Positions 9,249 to 18,677 of a stretch of DNA of 64,000 nucleotides are shown one piece after another. The stretch comes from Candidatus Eiseniibacteriota bacterium. GTDB lineage: Bacteria > Eisenbacteria > RBG-16-71-46 > JABDJR01. A model generated the notes under the pieces. The model did no database searches and was not told the origin of the DNA. It saw nothing but the letters and a program-made list of their open reading frames with translations. The stretch is taken from assembly GCA_963762255.1 (NCBI GenBank), contig CAVXKA010000001.1:1216001-1280000 (forward strand), read 5' to 3'. How positions within the stretch are numbered: position 1 is the first letter of the stretch; each line of letters starts with the position of its first letter. The translations under genes were made by a program, and so were the position numbers.

Positions 9249-9323
9249 GCGGGTCGCAGGTCGGCCGCAGTCCGAAGGGCCGCGAAGCGGGGGCCCCTTC
9301 GGCGAGGACGACCTGCGACCCGC
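9249..9323 (-). repeat. 75-bp REP-like hairpin repeat, copy 1
   Basis: 15-bp outer IR GCGGGTCGCAGGTCG/CGACCTGCGACCCGC; core shared with the copies at 28269 and 51610 but in the opposite orientation. Confidence 0.9.
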
Positions 9324-9346
9324 GGAACAACGCGCGCGGTCCGTCC

Positions 9347-9931
9347 TCAATCCACGAACGCCCAGACCTCCACGCGGCGGTCCATCGCCTGCTGCCCCGG
9401 CTCGTAGTCGAGCGCTTTCGCATACTTGGTGCCCATCCCCATCGTGGAGATGCGCGCGGCGTCGACTCCCTGCGACTGGAGGAACTTCGCGACGGCTTCG
9501 GCACGCGCCTGCCCCACCGAGGCCGATTCACCGCGATTGTCGGCGAACCCCGCCGCCAGCACGTGCCAACGCGTGTTCGTCTTCAGTTCCGTGGCCGCTG
9601 CCATCAGCGCTCCCTGTCCCTCGGCATCGATCGAGGCGGAGCCCGATGCGAAGGTGAGATTCTTGAGGAGTTGGTGGGCCTTCAGGCCGGCGGGCACCGC
9701 CGGCGACTCCTCGTAGGTCCACTCGCGCACCGGCGGCGCCGGCGGCGGGATGGTCGCCGGTGTGTCGTGAGTGCGTACGATCTCCCCTCCGCCCGCCGTC
9801 GACCCGCCCTGCATGGACGAGCAACCGGCGACCAGGGCGACCGCGAACAGCGCCGCCGTTGAGAACACAGCTACGATCAATCGCCGGCTTCGAATCTCTC
9901 TCGCGCCTTGTAAGGTGATATTGCGGATCAT
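9347..9931 (-). CDS. OmpA-family peptidoglycan-binding lipoprotein (start uncertain)
   Basis: Lipobox LVAGC; FASGSASI, GFAD, RAEAV and DRRVEV OmpA_C motifs. Confidence 0.8.
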   Translation of the reverse strand: MIRNITLQGAREIRSRRLIVAVFSTAALFAVALVAGCSSMQGGSTAGGGEIVRTHDTPATIPPPAPPVREWTYEESPAVPAGLKAHQLLKNLTFASGSASIDAEGQGALMAAATELKTNTRWHVLAAGFADNRGESASVGQARAEAVAKFLQSQGVDAARISTMGMGTKYAKALDYEPGQQAMDRRVEVWAFVD

Positions 9932-9936
9932 AGAAT
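9908..9936 (+). promoter_or_regulatory. Putative sigma70 promoter of the photolyase gene
   Basis: TTGTAA-N17-TAGAAT, 35 bp upstream of ATG 9972. Confidence 0.5.
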
Positions 9937-9971
9937 CAACTCTCCTTTCACCAGTCACCCCGTGAGCGGCC

Positions 9972-11396
9972 ATGGACGTCGATTCCAAACGTGTTACTGC
10001 GCTCCACAGCGCAGACCCGAACCCCCGAGGCGACTTTGTATTGTATTGGATGCAAATCGAACGTCGGGCAGAAGCTAATGATGCGCTCGATTTCGCGGTG
10101 GAGCAAGCCGATTGCCTGAATCTGCCGGTGCTGGTCTACGAGGGGCTTCGACACGACTATCCCCATGCCTCCGATCGGATCCACACCTTCCTGCTGGAGA
10201 ATGCCCGCAGCTTGCGGAAGCGCTTGAACGCGAAGGGCATAGGTCACGCGTTCTACCTGGAGCGGGGTGCCGCCGACCGCGCCCCGATCGTGCGCGAGTT
10301 GGTGGGCCGCGCCGCGCTCCTGGTGACCGACGACTACCCGGCCTTCATCATCCCCGGACACAACCGCGCCCTGGCCCGCCTGGCGGGGGACGCGCGCGTG
10401 CCCGCCTACGCGGTCGATTCGCGCGGAGTGGTGCCGCTCGCCGAGTTCCCTCGCCGCGAGTATGCCGCCCGCACGATCCGTCCCAAGCTTCACCGGCTGC
10501 TGCCGTACTATCTGACGCCTCGCGACGATCCGCGGCCGCGCCGCAACGGCGTGCGTGTCGATCCCGGATTCCGCGCCGAGACCTGGCGCGAGCCGATTGC
10601 AGCCAAGGTCGCCTCGTGCGACATCGACCACCGCGTGCCGCCGGTGTCCCATCGATTCGCGGGCGGGCGCGACGCCGCGCTCGAGAAGCTCCGGCGGTTT
10701 CTGGATCGCGGCCTCGACCGCTACGATGACGAGAGCAACGATCCCGCCCGCGGTGCGACCTCGGAGTTGAGCCCTTATCTGCACTTCGGGATGATCGGTG
10801 CCCGCGAGGTGGCGCTCACCGTGCGCGGCGCTCGCCCCGGCGCGGATCGGAACGTCGCCGCGTTCCTCGAGCAGCTCATCGTGCGGCGCGAGCTGGCGCT
10901 CAACTTCTGCGCGCGCGAACCCCGTCACACGTCGCTCAGGGCGCTCCCTGACTGGGCGCAGCGAACCCTGGGCGCCCACGACGACGACCCGCGCGAGGCG
11001 GTCTACACCCGGGCGCAGTTCGAGAATGCCCGGACTCACGACGAACTATGGAACGCCTGCCAGGACGAGCTTCGCCTGACCGGCGTCATCCATAACTACG
11101 TACGCATGCTCTGGGGCAAGAAGATCCTGGAATGGTCGCGGAGCCACGCCGAGGCGCTCCGCATCATGACCCACCTCAACGACAAGTACGCCCTGGACGG
11201 TCGGGATCCGAACTCCACGGCGAGCATCCTGTGGTGCTTCGGGCTGCACGATCGTCCATGGGGTGAGCGGCCGGTCTACGGCACCGTGCGCAGCATGTCC
11301 TCGGTGAACACCCGCCGCAAGATCGATGCCGCGGCCTACCTCGCCGCGATCGATGCTCTGCGTCGCCGCCGCGATTCCGCCGATGAAGGGGCCTGA
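9972..11396 (+). CDS. phrB: Class II CPD deoxyribodipyrimidine photolyase
   Basis: VLYWMQ, SELSPYLHFG, EQLIVRRELA, HNYVRMLWGKKILEW and DGRDPN. Confidence 0.92.
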   Translation: MDVDSKRVTALHSADPNPRGDFVLYWMQIERRAEANDALDFAVEQADCLNLPVLVYEGLRHDYPHASDRIHTFLLENARSLRKRLNAKGIGHAFYLERGAADRAPIVRELVGRAALLVTDDYPAFIIPGHNRALARLAGDARVPAYAVDSRGVVPLAEFPRREYAARTIRPKLHRLLPYYLTPRDDPRPRRNGVRVDPGFRAETWREPIAAKVASCDIDHRVPPVSHRFAGGRDAALEKLRRFLDRGLDRYDDESNDPARGATSELSPYLHFGMIGAREVALTVRGARPGADRNVAAFLEQLIVRRELALNFCAREPRHTSLRALPDWAQRTLGAHDDDPREAVYTRAQFENARTHDELWNACQDELRLTGVIHNYVRMLWGKKILEWSRSHAEALRIMTHLNDKYALDGRDPNSTASILWCFGLHDRPWGERPVYGTVRSMSSVNTRRKIDAAAYLAAIDALRRRRDSADEGA

Positions 11397-11397
11397 C

Positions 11398-12297
11398 ATG
11401 GAACCGAATGTCTTCAACTGGGACTCCATCCGCACCGCGCTCATCACCCATGGGGTGCGCACGCTCTTCATCGTGGGAGCGTCGCTCCTCGCCTACCGGC
11501 TGGTGAAGTTCGCCGTCCACCGCATGGAGAAAGCGGTGGAGGACGACGACCCCACGACCCGCAGCGAGGCGGAGAAGCGCGCGGAGACCCTGGGCCGCAT
11601 CGTGCGCCAGGTGTCGTTCGTGCTCATCTCGCTCGTGGCCGGCATGCTGATCATGAAGGAGATGGGCTTCGAGATCGGCCCCATCATCGCCGGGGCCGGC
11701 ATCGCCGGCATCGCGGTGGGCTTCGGCGCGCAGAACCTCGTTCGAGACATCATCACCGGCTTCTTCCTGCTCCTGGAGAACCAGATCCGGGTGGGGGACG
11801 TGGTGGAGATCGCAGGGAAATCGGGGCTGGTCGAAGCGGTGAACCTCCGCACCACCGTGCTTCGCGACCTGGAGGGCAACGTCCATATCATCCCCAACGG
11901 CGCGGTGGAGGCGGTCACGAACCGCACGCGCGAGTGGTCACGGTCGGTGCTGGACGTAGGGGTGGCCTACAAGGAGAACGTGGACCGCGTGATGGAGGTG
12001 CTCGCCGAGATCGGCGCCCAGATGCAGGCGGATCCCGAGTGGGGGGGGAAGATCCGCGAGCCGATGAACATCCTCGGCGTCAACGAATTCGGCCCGTCCT
12101 CGGTGAACATCCGCCTCACCTTCACGGTCGTGCCGCTCCAGCAGTGGGCGGTGGGGCGCGAACTGCGGCGGCGGATCAAGAATCGCTTCGATGAGCTGGG
12201 GATCGAGATGCCGTTCCCCCACGTCACCGTCTACATGGGCAAGGGTGAGCAGGGGGTTCTCCAGACAACCCCCCCGGGGCGCCCCATGCTAGACTAG
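11398..12297 (+). CDS. MscS-family mechanosensitive channel
   Basis: AGIAGIAVGFGAQNLVRD, GDVVEI, LRTTVLRD and IPNG. Confidence 0.92.
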   Translation: MEPNVFNWDSIRTALITHGVRTLFIVGASLLAYRLVKFAVHRMEKAVEDDDPTTRSEAEKRAETLGRIVRQVSFVLISLVAGMLIMKEMGFEIGPIIAGAGIAGIAVGFGAQNLVRDIITGFFLLLENQIRVGDVVEIAGKSGLVEAVNLRTTVLRDLEGNVHIIPNGAVEAVTNRTREWSRSVLDVGVAYKENVDRVMEVLAEIGAQMQADPEWGGKIREPMNILGVNEFGPSSVNIRLTFTVVPLQQWAVGRELRRRIKNRFDELGIEMPFPHVTVYMGKGEQGVLQTTPPGRPMLD

Positions 12298-12353
12298 CCA
12301 ACCCCGTCCACAAACGCAGGGCCGCGCCGGCCCCACCCACCGGAGGAAACGCG

Positions 12354-13682
12354 ATGTTCGCCGATCGCCGCCGCAGATTCATGAACCAGATGGGGGAGGG
12401 CGTCGCCCTCTTCTTCGCCGCACCCGAGAAGATCCGCTCCAACGACACCCACTACAAATTTCGCCAGGACAGCACGTTCTACTACCTGACCGGGTTCAAC
12501 GAGCCGGGGTCGGCGATCGTGCTCATTCCCGGCCACCCGGAACACGAGGTCGTGATGTTCGTGCGTCCGCGCGACCGTGAGATGGAGACCTGGAACGGCA
12601 GGCGGGCGGGCCCCGAGGGCGCCAAGGAGCGCTTCGGCGCCCAGGCCTCGTACACCATCGACAAGTTGCCGGAGATGCTCTCCGGCTATCTCGAGAAGAC
12701 CGACCGTTTCTTCTACGGCATCGGCCGGCAGGCCGACCGGGATCTGGAAGTGCTCGGCGTGCTGGAGGGGCTGCGCCAGAAGGTGCGCCTCGGCTTGAAG
12801 GCCCCCTCGCAGATGATCGACCCCGCCGCCACGCTCAACGAGATGCGCTTGCACAAGACGGCGGAGGAGGCCGAGGCCATGCGGCAGGCCTGCCGGATCA
12901 CTTCGGAGGGACACATCGCGGCGATGCAGGCGATGCGGCCGGGGATGTACGAGTATCAGGTGGAGGCGCTCATCGAGCAGGAGTTCCGCTCCCGCGGCGC
13001 GGCGGCGCCGGGCTACGGCACCATCGCCGGCAGCGGCGTCAACGCGACCATTCTCCATTACGTGGAGAACGAGTCCGTCTGCCGCGACGGGGAACTTCTG
13101 CTGGTGGACGCGGGCGCGGAGTACATGGGCTACAGCGGCGACATCACCCGCACGTTCCCGGTCAACGGGAAGTTCACGCCCGCCCAGCGCGCGGTGTACG
13201 AGGTCGTCCTCGACGCGCAGATGAAAGCGATCGAGAAGTGCCGTCCAGGAGTCCGTTTCGTCGACGTCCACGACACCGCCCTGCGGGCGCTCGTGGAAGG
13301 GCTTGTGAAGCTCGGCGTTCTCAAGGGTACGGTGGACGAGATCATCAAGAACGAGACCTACAAGCCGGTCTATATGCATCGCACCAGTCACTGGCTCGGC
13401 CTCGACGTTCACGACGTCGGCGAGTACCGCCGCGGCGACGATTGGCGCCTGCTCGAGCCAGGCATGGTGCTCACCGTCGAACCGGGGCTCTACTTCACCG
13501 AGTGGTGGGAGGACGGCCCGGCCGAGTACCGCGGCATCGGTATTCGCATCGAGGACGATGTTCTGATTACCGAGAAGGGGCACGAGGTGCTAACCTCGGT
13601 GCCCAAGACCGTCGCCGAAGTAGAAGCGCTGATGGTCGGAGCGTCGAAGGAAACGGCGGCATCGGCTCGGACCCGCACTTAG
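12354..13682 (+). CDS. pepP: Xaa-Pro aminopeptidase P
   Basis: FRQDSTFYYLTG, LHY, DAG, DITRT, HWLGLDVHD, EPGLY and GIRIEDD. Confidence 0.95.
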   Translation: MFADRRRRFMNQMGEGVALFFAAPEKIRSNDTHYKFRQDSTFYYLTGFNEPGSAIVLIPGHPEHEVVMFVRPRDREMETWNGRRAGPEGAKERFGAQASYTIDKLPEMLSGYLEKTDRFFYGIGRQADRDLEVLGVLEGLRQKVRLGLKAPSQMIDPAATLNEMRLHKTAEEAEAMRQACRITSEGHIAAMQAMRPGMYEYQVEALIEQEFRSRGAAAPGYGTIAGSGVNATILHYVENESVCRDGELLLVDAGAEYMGYSGDITRTFPVNGKFTPAQRAVYEVVLDAQMKAIEKCRPGVRFVDVHDTALRALVEGLVKLGVLKGTVDEIIKNETYKPVYMHRTSHWLGLDVHDVGEYRRGDDWRLLEPGMVLTVEPGLYFTEWWEDGPAEYRGIGIRIEDDVLITEKGHEVLTSVPKTVAEVEALMVGASKETAASARTRT

Positions 13683-13702
13683 CGATAGAGAAGGAGATAC
13701 TT

Positions 13703-14107
13703 ATGGACCGCCTCCGGATGATGATTACCGCGTTGCTGCTCGTGCTTCCTCTCGCCGCGGGATGCGCGCAGAAGAAGACCGAGACCGCCTCCAACCAGAC
13801 CCCGCCCGCCGAGCAGCCGGCGGCGATGGAAGTGGCCGGACAGTCGACTCCTCCCGCGGACATGGTGCTGACGGCGATGACCCTGGAGGGGAAGGTCGGT
13901 TGCGGTCACTGCACCTACCACACGACCAACGCATGCGCGTTGGCGATGCAGACGGAGGACGGCAAGGTCTACGTCATCGAATCCGCTCCGGACTACGACC
14001 AGTACTTCGGCGACCGGTTCTCCGGGAAGGGCATCAGCGTGACCGGGAAGGTCGGCGAGAAGGACGGTCAATGGGTCGTCTATGCCGAGCAAGTGAAACT
14101 CGATTAG
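13703..14107 (+). CDS. Small lipoprotein with CxxC..C motif (DUF6370-like)
   Basis: RBS AAGGAG, lipobox LAAGC, GCGHC-x7-C motif. Confidence 0.7.
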   Translation: MDRLRMMITALLLVLPLAAGCAQKKTETASNQTPPAEQPAAMEVAGQSTPPADMVLTAMTLEGKVGCGHCTYHTTNACALAMQTEDGKVYVIESAPDYDQYFGDRFSGKGISVTGKVGEKDGQWVVYAEQVKLD

Positions 14108-14116
14108 GATCTGCGG

Positions 14117-14743
14117 ATGAACGCTGCACGCCCCCGTCGTCGATCCGCGGCGGGGGCGCTTTTCTTGGCCCTGCTCTCCTTGGCGGCCCTCCCGGCGGCG
14201 GGGCAGAGCCTCGGTGAGGTCGTCGGTCAGGCGGCGGGAACGAGCGTTGTGCCTGACTCGGTTCGCGTCGCCCCTCACTCTCCGCCGGCCCCGTGGCCCG
14301 TGGTGACGGGACAGGTGGTCGTAGGGACGGCGCTGGCGGCCGCGGCGGGATTCGGCGCGGGAACTCTCGCCGAGACCTTCTGCGATGGCTGCGACGGGGG
14401 AGAACCCGGTGGGGACACCGCAGGAATGGTCGTGGGGGTGCCGCTGGGAGCCCTGCTCGGTACATGGTTCGTCGGCACGCTCTCCCCTCCGAGCGGCCGC
14501 TTCGCCGACACCGTCTTCGGTGCGCTCGCCGGAACCGCGGTGTTCGCGGGCTACGCTCAGATCCTGGAGGGTCAATCCGACGGCATGCGGTGGGCGGGAG
14601 TGATCTTCCCGGCCGCGCTCGCGGCGATGGGATGGAACCGCAGCCGGCCCATCGTCCAGCCGCAAGCAGCGATCCACGAAAGCCTGGACCCCGAGATGCG
14701 GGCGCTGACCGCCGAGATTCTGGTGTTCAGGCTGAGCTTCTAA
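14117..14743 (+). CDS. Hypothetical exported membrane protein with glycine-rich helices
   Basis: Signal peptide, GxxxG hydrophobic helices, C-terminal Phe (RLSF). Confidence 0.65.
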   Translation: MNAARPRRRSAAGALFLALLSLAALPAAGQSLGEVVGQAAGTSVVPDSVRVAPHSPPAPWPVVTGQVVVGTALAAAAGFGAGTLAETFCDGCDGGEPGGDTAGMVVGVPLGALLGTWFVGTLSPPSGRFADTVFGALAGTAVFAGYAQILEGQSDGMRWAGVIFPAALAAMGWNRSRPIVQPQAAIHESLDPEMRALTAEILVFRLSF

Positions 14744-14758
14744 GCCGGGAGCGCGACC

Positions 14759-15442
14759 CTAGTTCTGACGTGTCTTGAGCTGATCCTGCACCTTCAGCAG
14801 GTTCTGCTTCGGATCCCACGGATTGTAGCCGGCACCCTCGCCGAAGTCCGCCCATCCCAGATTCTCGATCTTGATGTTGTCGAGCCGTTGGGGTGCGTTC
14901 ACGTTGTTGAGCCCGCACGCGGATACGCGGGCCAGGCCGTCCGCTGGACGCGGAATGAGTTTGAACCGGTCCACCGAGTTTGCGGTGACGGTGAAGTAGC
15001 CAACGACGAGGGGAATCGTGCGCTGACAGTTCTCGAGTTGGTGCCAGGTGAGGAGGTTGCCGGTGTTGGCGCTAGGCCACCCGTCCATCGGCCACTCATA
15101 AAGCGTGCAGTGCTGCCAGGCCAGGATGTCCAATCCGCTCTGCTCGGCATTGTCGAAGGAGATGCCGAACTGAACGCCACTGATACCGTCTTCCATGCTG
15201 AAGTCGGTGATGAGGACGTAGGCGATGTATTCCTGGTCGAGATCCCCGCGGGTGACCACCTCCGCGGCGGTTTCGATCCCGGGAGTGGTGCAGGTGAGCT
15301 TCTTGCCCTTCTTGGTCGGAACCAGATGGAGCAATAGCTTGGCGTTCTGGCTGGGTCCGGCCGTCACCGGCCCGGAGGGAACGCCGAGGGCCCCAGCGAG
15401 AACCAACGCGGCGAGGAGCAGACGAGCGCGGCGCATCAGCAT
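14759..15442 (-). CDS. Secreted hypothetical protein
   Basis: RBS GGAGG before ATG 15442; signal peptide; AKLLLHL / VQFGI / WP..NTGN type beta-rich domain. Confidence 0.7.
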   Translation of the reverse strand: MLMRRARLLLAALVLAGALGVPSGPVTAGPSQNAKLLLHLVPTKKGKKLTCTTPGIETAAEVVTRGDLDQEYIAYVLITDFSMEDGISGVQFGISFDNAEQSGLDILAWQHCTLYEWPMDGWPSANTGNLLTWHQLENCQRTIPLVVGYFTVTANSVDRFKLIPRPADGLARVSACGLNNVNAPQRLDNIKIENLGWADFGEGAGYNPWDPKQNLLKVQDQLKTRQN

Positions 15443-15751
15443 GGTTGGACCTCCAGGGAGCATCGACCCTCGCCTCCCCACATTTCGTTTGAGAGAACAA
15501 GGGTAGCAAGTATAGGGTTCCTGGAAACTCGGGTCAACGAAGCGCGCCCGATCTGCGGGTGAATTGGGGCCGGAGAGACAATGGCGAAGGAAATGCGAAG
15601 AGCCGTCCGCGTTCTCCAGTCGGAAACACGAGACGGCCCTTTCTCGACCTACGCAGGACGCGAACAAGCCCGCGCGCGCGTCAAGATCGCGACGCGTCCT
15701 ACCAGGACGATTCGCCCTCTCACCGGATCGGCCAGGAATCCGTCGGACCGG

Positions 15752-16210
15752 TCAGGGCCGGCCGCCGGCCCCCTTCTCGAGACTCCCGTCCGCCCCCACC
15801 TTCACCGCGTCGGGGTTGCTCCCCGCAAGCGACAGAGACCCGCTGTTGACGTTTCCCTGCTGATTCTTGACCTCGTAACGGACAAGCACGCCGTCGAGAT
15901 CGAAGAACAGGCTGGTGGTAGTGCCGGCGACGAAGTAGTTGCCGTAGATCCAGTGGGAGGTGACGTCCTCCGCTTTGACCGGTTCGATGCGCCCGGGCTT
16001 GCCCCAAGCGATTTGCACCATCTCCTGGGTCATGCCGACCATGACCCGGCCGTTCACGAGGGCTTCGGCCATGGCCTCGGAGAGCTCGGGGTGCTCGTCC
16101 ACGTAAAGGCCGCGCTTCATCGCCGCCTTGTCGGTGACCGTACACCCTGCGATCAGCACTCCGATCACGAGCGCGATCAGAACCAGAGTTGGGCGTCCAC
16201 GCATGCTCAT
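15752..16210 (-). CDS. Lipoprotein with SmpA/BamE-like domain
   Basis: Lipobox LIAGC; VGMTQEMV..AWGKP..WIYG motif. Confidence 0.7.
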   Translation of the reverse strand: MSMRGRPTLVLIALVIGVLIAGCTVTDKAAMKRGLYVDEHPELSEAMAEALVNGRVMVGMTQEMVQIAWGKPGRIEPVKAEDVTSHWIYGNYFVAGTTTSLFFDLDGVLVRYEVKNQQGNVNSGSLSLAGSNPDAVKVGADGSLEKGAGGRP

Positions 16211-16264
16211 CCCTCCCCGACACCGAGCCACCGGCGAGGCAACTGTGACTCGACGCCGGAAGAT

Positions 16265-16407
16265 CCCCCCTGGGCTGGGAATGAACCTCGCCAGGTGGGG
16301 CCGTGAACCCCTCCGGAGTGCGGAGGGTTCAAGTCCGGCCTGCATCTCTCCGATGCACAACCTGGACCGATCGACCACCCCACGATCCGAGGCTACTCCC
16401 GGGGGGG
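16265..16407 (-). ncRNA. Candidate structured RNA (5' leader or standalone)
   Basis: Minus-strand nested stems CCCCCCCGGG/CCCAGGGGGG, AGCCTCG/CGAGGTT, GTGGGGT/GCCCCAC, plus internal hairpins TGCATC/GATGCA and TGAACCCTCCG/CGGAGGGGTTCA. Confidence 0.5.
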
Positions 16408-16468
16408 CGTTGGAACAACGGAATTAACGACATACGGCCTGCGATCCGCTATATCGGAGGTTTCTGAC

Positions 16469-18187
16469 ATGGTTCTAACCCCCAGGAATTGGGGGACTTC
16501 CCCCGCTCTTTGGGTCATTTGCCTCGGTCTTCTCCTGGCGGGACTGGCCGTTGCCCTGTTCTCGGACATGGCTGCCGACCCCCCCTTGGGTCCCTCCACT
16601 TACGAGGGACAGTTGCTCCTGGGAGCGCGGGCCAGGATTCCCGGACAGGACATTCCGCCGAGCCCTTGGGAACCCGAACTCCTGTCCCCGCTCCAGGCGC
16701 GCCTGGACGCGTGGGCCTTCCAAACGTTCGGCGTGACCGTGGAGAGCGCTCGCGGCATGAGCGCTCTTCTCGCGCTGGGCGTGGTGGCGCTCTTCTTCCT
16801 GCTGCTGCGTCGATCCATGGGTCCACTCGCCGCGTTCCTGGCCGCGCTCTTCCTGAGCGTGAACCCCGTCTTCTTCGCCGTGGCGCGCACGGCTCAGCCC
16901 TCCGTCATGTCCATGTTCCTCATGCTGGTCACCGTCGGGCTATGGATGGCAGGCGCGCGCCGAGGCCTCGCCGCGTTCGCCGCAGGCCTCTTCCTCGTGC
17001 TGGCCGGTCTCGTCGAGAACGGCATCACCAGCGTCTTCTTCCTGATGGCGGGCGGGCTCATGGCGATCTTTGTGCGGATGCACGCGTGGAAGATGGCGTG
17101 GCATCCGCACACGCGGCGCCGACTTCAACTCTTCGGCGCTGGGTTCCTGATCGCGGCCATTGCCTACTTCATCTTCGTCATGGCGCATTGGCAAGGATTC
17201 GGCACCATGTGGAGCCACCTCACCCGCCTCTCGCTCCGGATCATGGTCGCCAACATCGTGTTCTCGCCGGCCTACGTGGCGAAGATGGTCCGGCACATGC
17301 CGATTACCGCCGCGGTCGCGCTTGCCTATTTTCTCTTCTTCGCCAAGGGCGCGGTTCGGCCGCTGGCGCGTCACCGGCGCCTCGACGAGACCCGCCTCTG
17401 GATCCTTGCCTGGCTGCTGGCCGGCGTTCCTTTCTTCGTTCTTCGGGGCGACCTGAATCTCTATGCCCTCATCCTGCTCGTCCCGCCTCTCTCGGCCCTG
17501 GCCGCCGAGGGGATCGTGCGACTCTTTGCCCTTCGGCGATTCGAGCGCCCGAAGATCGACGTCATGATCGTCATGCTCCTCATCGCCGGAACCACGTGGT
17601 TCGTGGTGGCATGGCTCGTGACCCGGTCGCTCGGCCAGATGACCCTTTCCGGCTACTGGGCGGAGCACGGGCTGCGCGCCGCCACGCTCGCCGTGTCGGT
17701 GGGTTGGGCGGTGGTCACCTGCATCCTGGGCTGGCTGTATCTCCACTGGAGGCGGTTCACCGTGCCTCTACGCCCCGTTCCCGTGACCGTGCTCGCGATC
17801 GCGCTGACCGCCGGCATCATCGGGCACGGAGTGGAGGAAAGCTGGGCGTGGTGGCGTCATCGCACCCACGATGTGCGCGACACCTCGGCCCTGGTGGAGG
17901 GGTTGTCGAGCCGAGCCCTTGTCGTGGGTTCCTGGGCTCCGATGGTCACGCTCGGACACCCGGCACGAGCCGGCGTCATCTGGCCCGGTGTCAGCCCGGA
18001 GGATGAGGGATGGTACGGCGAGGTGACCCACCTGCTCTTGCAGGAGGGACGCGAAACCGATCCGGCGCTTGCTCCCCTGCGGCTCTTCACCGTCGCCGGC
18101 GGAGGGCCCGGCGTGCGCCGTCTTCCCGCCGCAGCGAAGATCCGGGGGGACGAAATAGCGCTTTTCGAGGTGCTCGGCCGGCCCTGA
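16469..18187 (+). CDS. GT-C (ArnT-like) integral membrane protein
   Basis: 572 aa, many TM helices, FGVTVESAR..S motif typical of PMT/ArnT-like proteins. Confidence 0.65.
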   Translation: MVLTPRNWGTSPALWVICLGLLLAGLAVALFSDMAADPPLGPSTYEGQLLLGARARIPGQDIPPSPWEPELLSPLQARLDAWAFQTFGVTVESARGMSALLALGVVALFFLLLRRSMGPLAAFLAALFLSVNPVFFAVARTAQPSVMSMFLMLVTVGLWMAGARRGLAAFAAGLFLVLAGLVENGITSVFFLMAGGLMAIFVRMHAWKMAWHPHTRRRLQLFGAGFLIAAIAYFIFVMAHWQGFGTMWSHLTRLSLRIMVANIVFSPAYVAKMVRHMPITAAVALAYFLFFAKGAVRPLARHRRLDETRLWILAWLLAGVPFFVLRGDLNLYALILLVPPLSALAAEGIVRLFALRRFERPKIDVMIVMLLIAGTTWFVVAWLVTRSLGQMTLSGYWAEHGLRAATLAVSVGWAVVTCILGWLYLHWRRFTVPLRPVPVTVLAIALTAGIIGHGVEESWAWWRHRTHDVRDTSALVEGLSSRALVVGSWAPMVTLGHPARAGVIWPGVSPEDEGWYGEVTHLLLQEGRETDPALAPLRLFTVAGGGPGVRRLPAAAKIRGDEIALFEVLGRP

Positions 18188-18234
18188 CCCTCGGTGCTTG
18201 TGGCGCCCCTTCCACGGGCCTATACTCGCGCGCC

Positions 18235-18663
18235 ATGCCCGGAAGACGTTTGGCAACCGACGAGGATCTCGCGGCCCTTCTCCGCACGGTGAAGACCGTG
18301 GCGGTTGTGGGCCTCTCCCCCCATGCGGACCGCGACAGTCATCGCGTGGCCGCATACCTGCAGCGGGCGGGGTACCGCATCCTGCCGATCCATCCGGCGG
18401 CGGTCTCCATCCTCGGGGAGCAGAGCTATCCCTCCCTCGCCGCCATCCCACGCGACGTGCACGTAGATCTGGTCGACGTGTTCCGGCGACCGGACGCGTT
18501 GCCCGCGGTGGTGGAGGACGCGATCGGGCTCCGTCCGCCAACGCTCTGGTTCCAATTCGGGGTGACCCATCCCGAGGCTGAAGCGGCGGCGCTTGCCGCG
18601 GGCATGGACCTCGTCGTGGATCGCTGCCTCATGGTCGAGCATCGCCGGCTCTTGGCCGGGTGA
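18235..18663 (+). CDS. CoA-binding protein (YccU family)
   Basis: TVAVVGLS..R.S..VA.YL, VDLVDVFR, WFQFG and DRCL.VEH. Confidence 0.9.
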   Translation: MPGRRLATDEDLAALLRTVKTVAVVGLSPHADRDSHRVAAYLQRAGYRILPIHPAAVSILGEQSYPSLAAIPRDVHVDLVDVFRRPDALPAVVEDAIGLRPPTLWFQFGVTHPEAEAAALAAGMDLVVDRCLMVEHRRLLAG

Positions 18664-18677
18664 TGGAGGGTCGCCTC

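Noticed and set aside
16326-16336. GGTTCAAGTCC resembling a tRNA T-loop (possible tRNA-Sec)
   Set aside because: No acceptor stem, anticodon arm or CCA could be built around it; it belongs to another hairpin.
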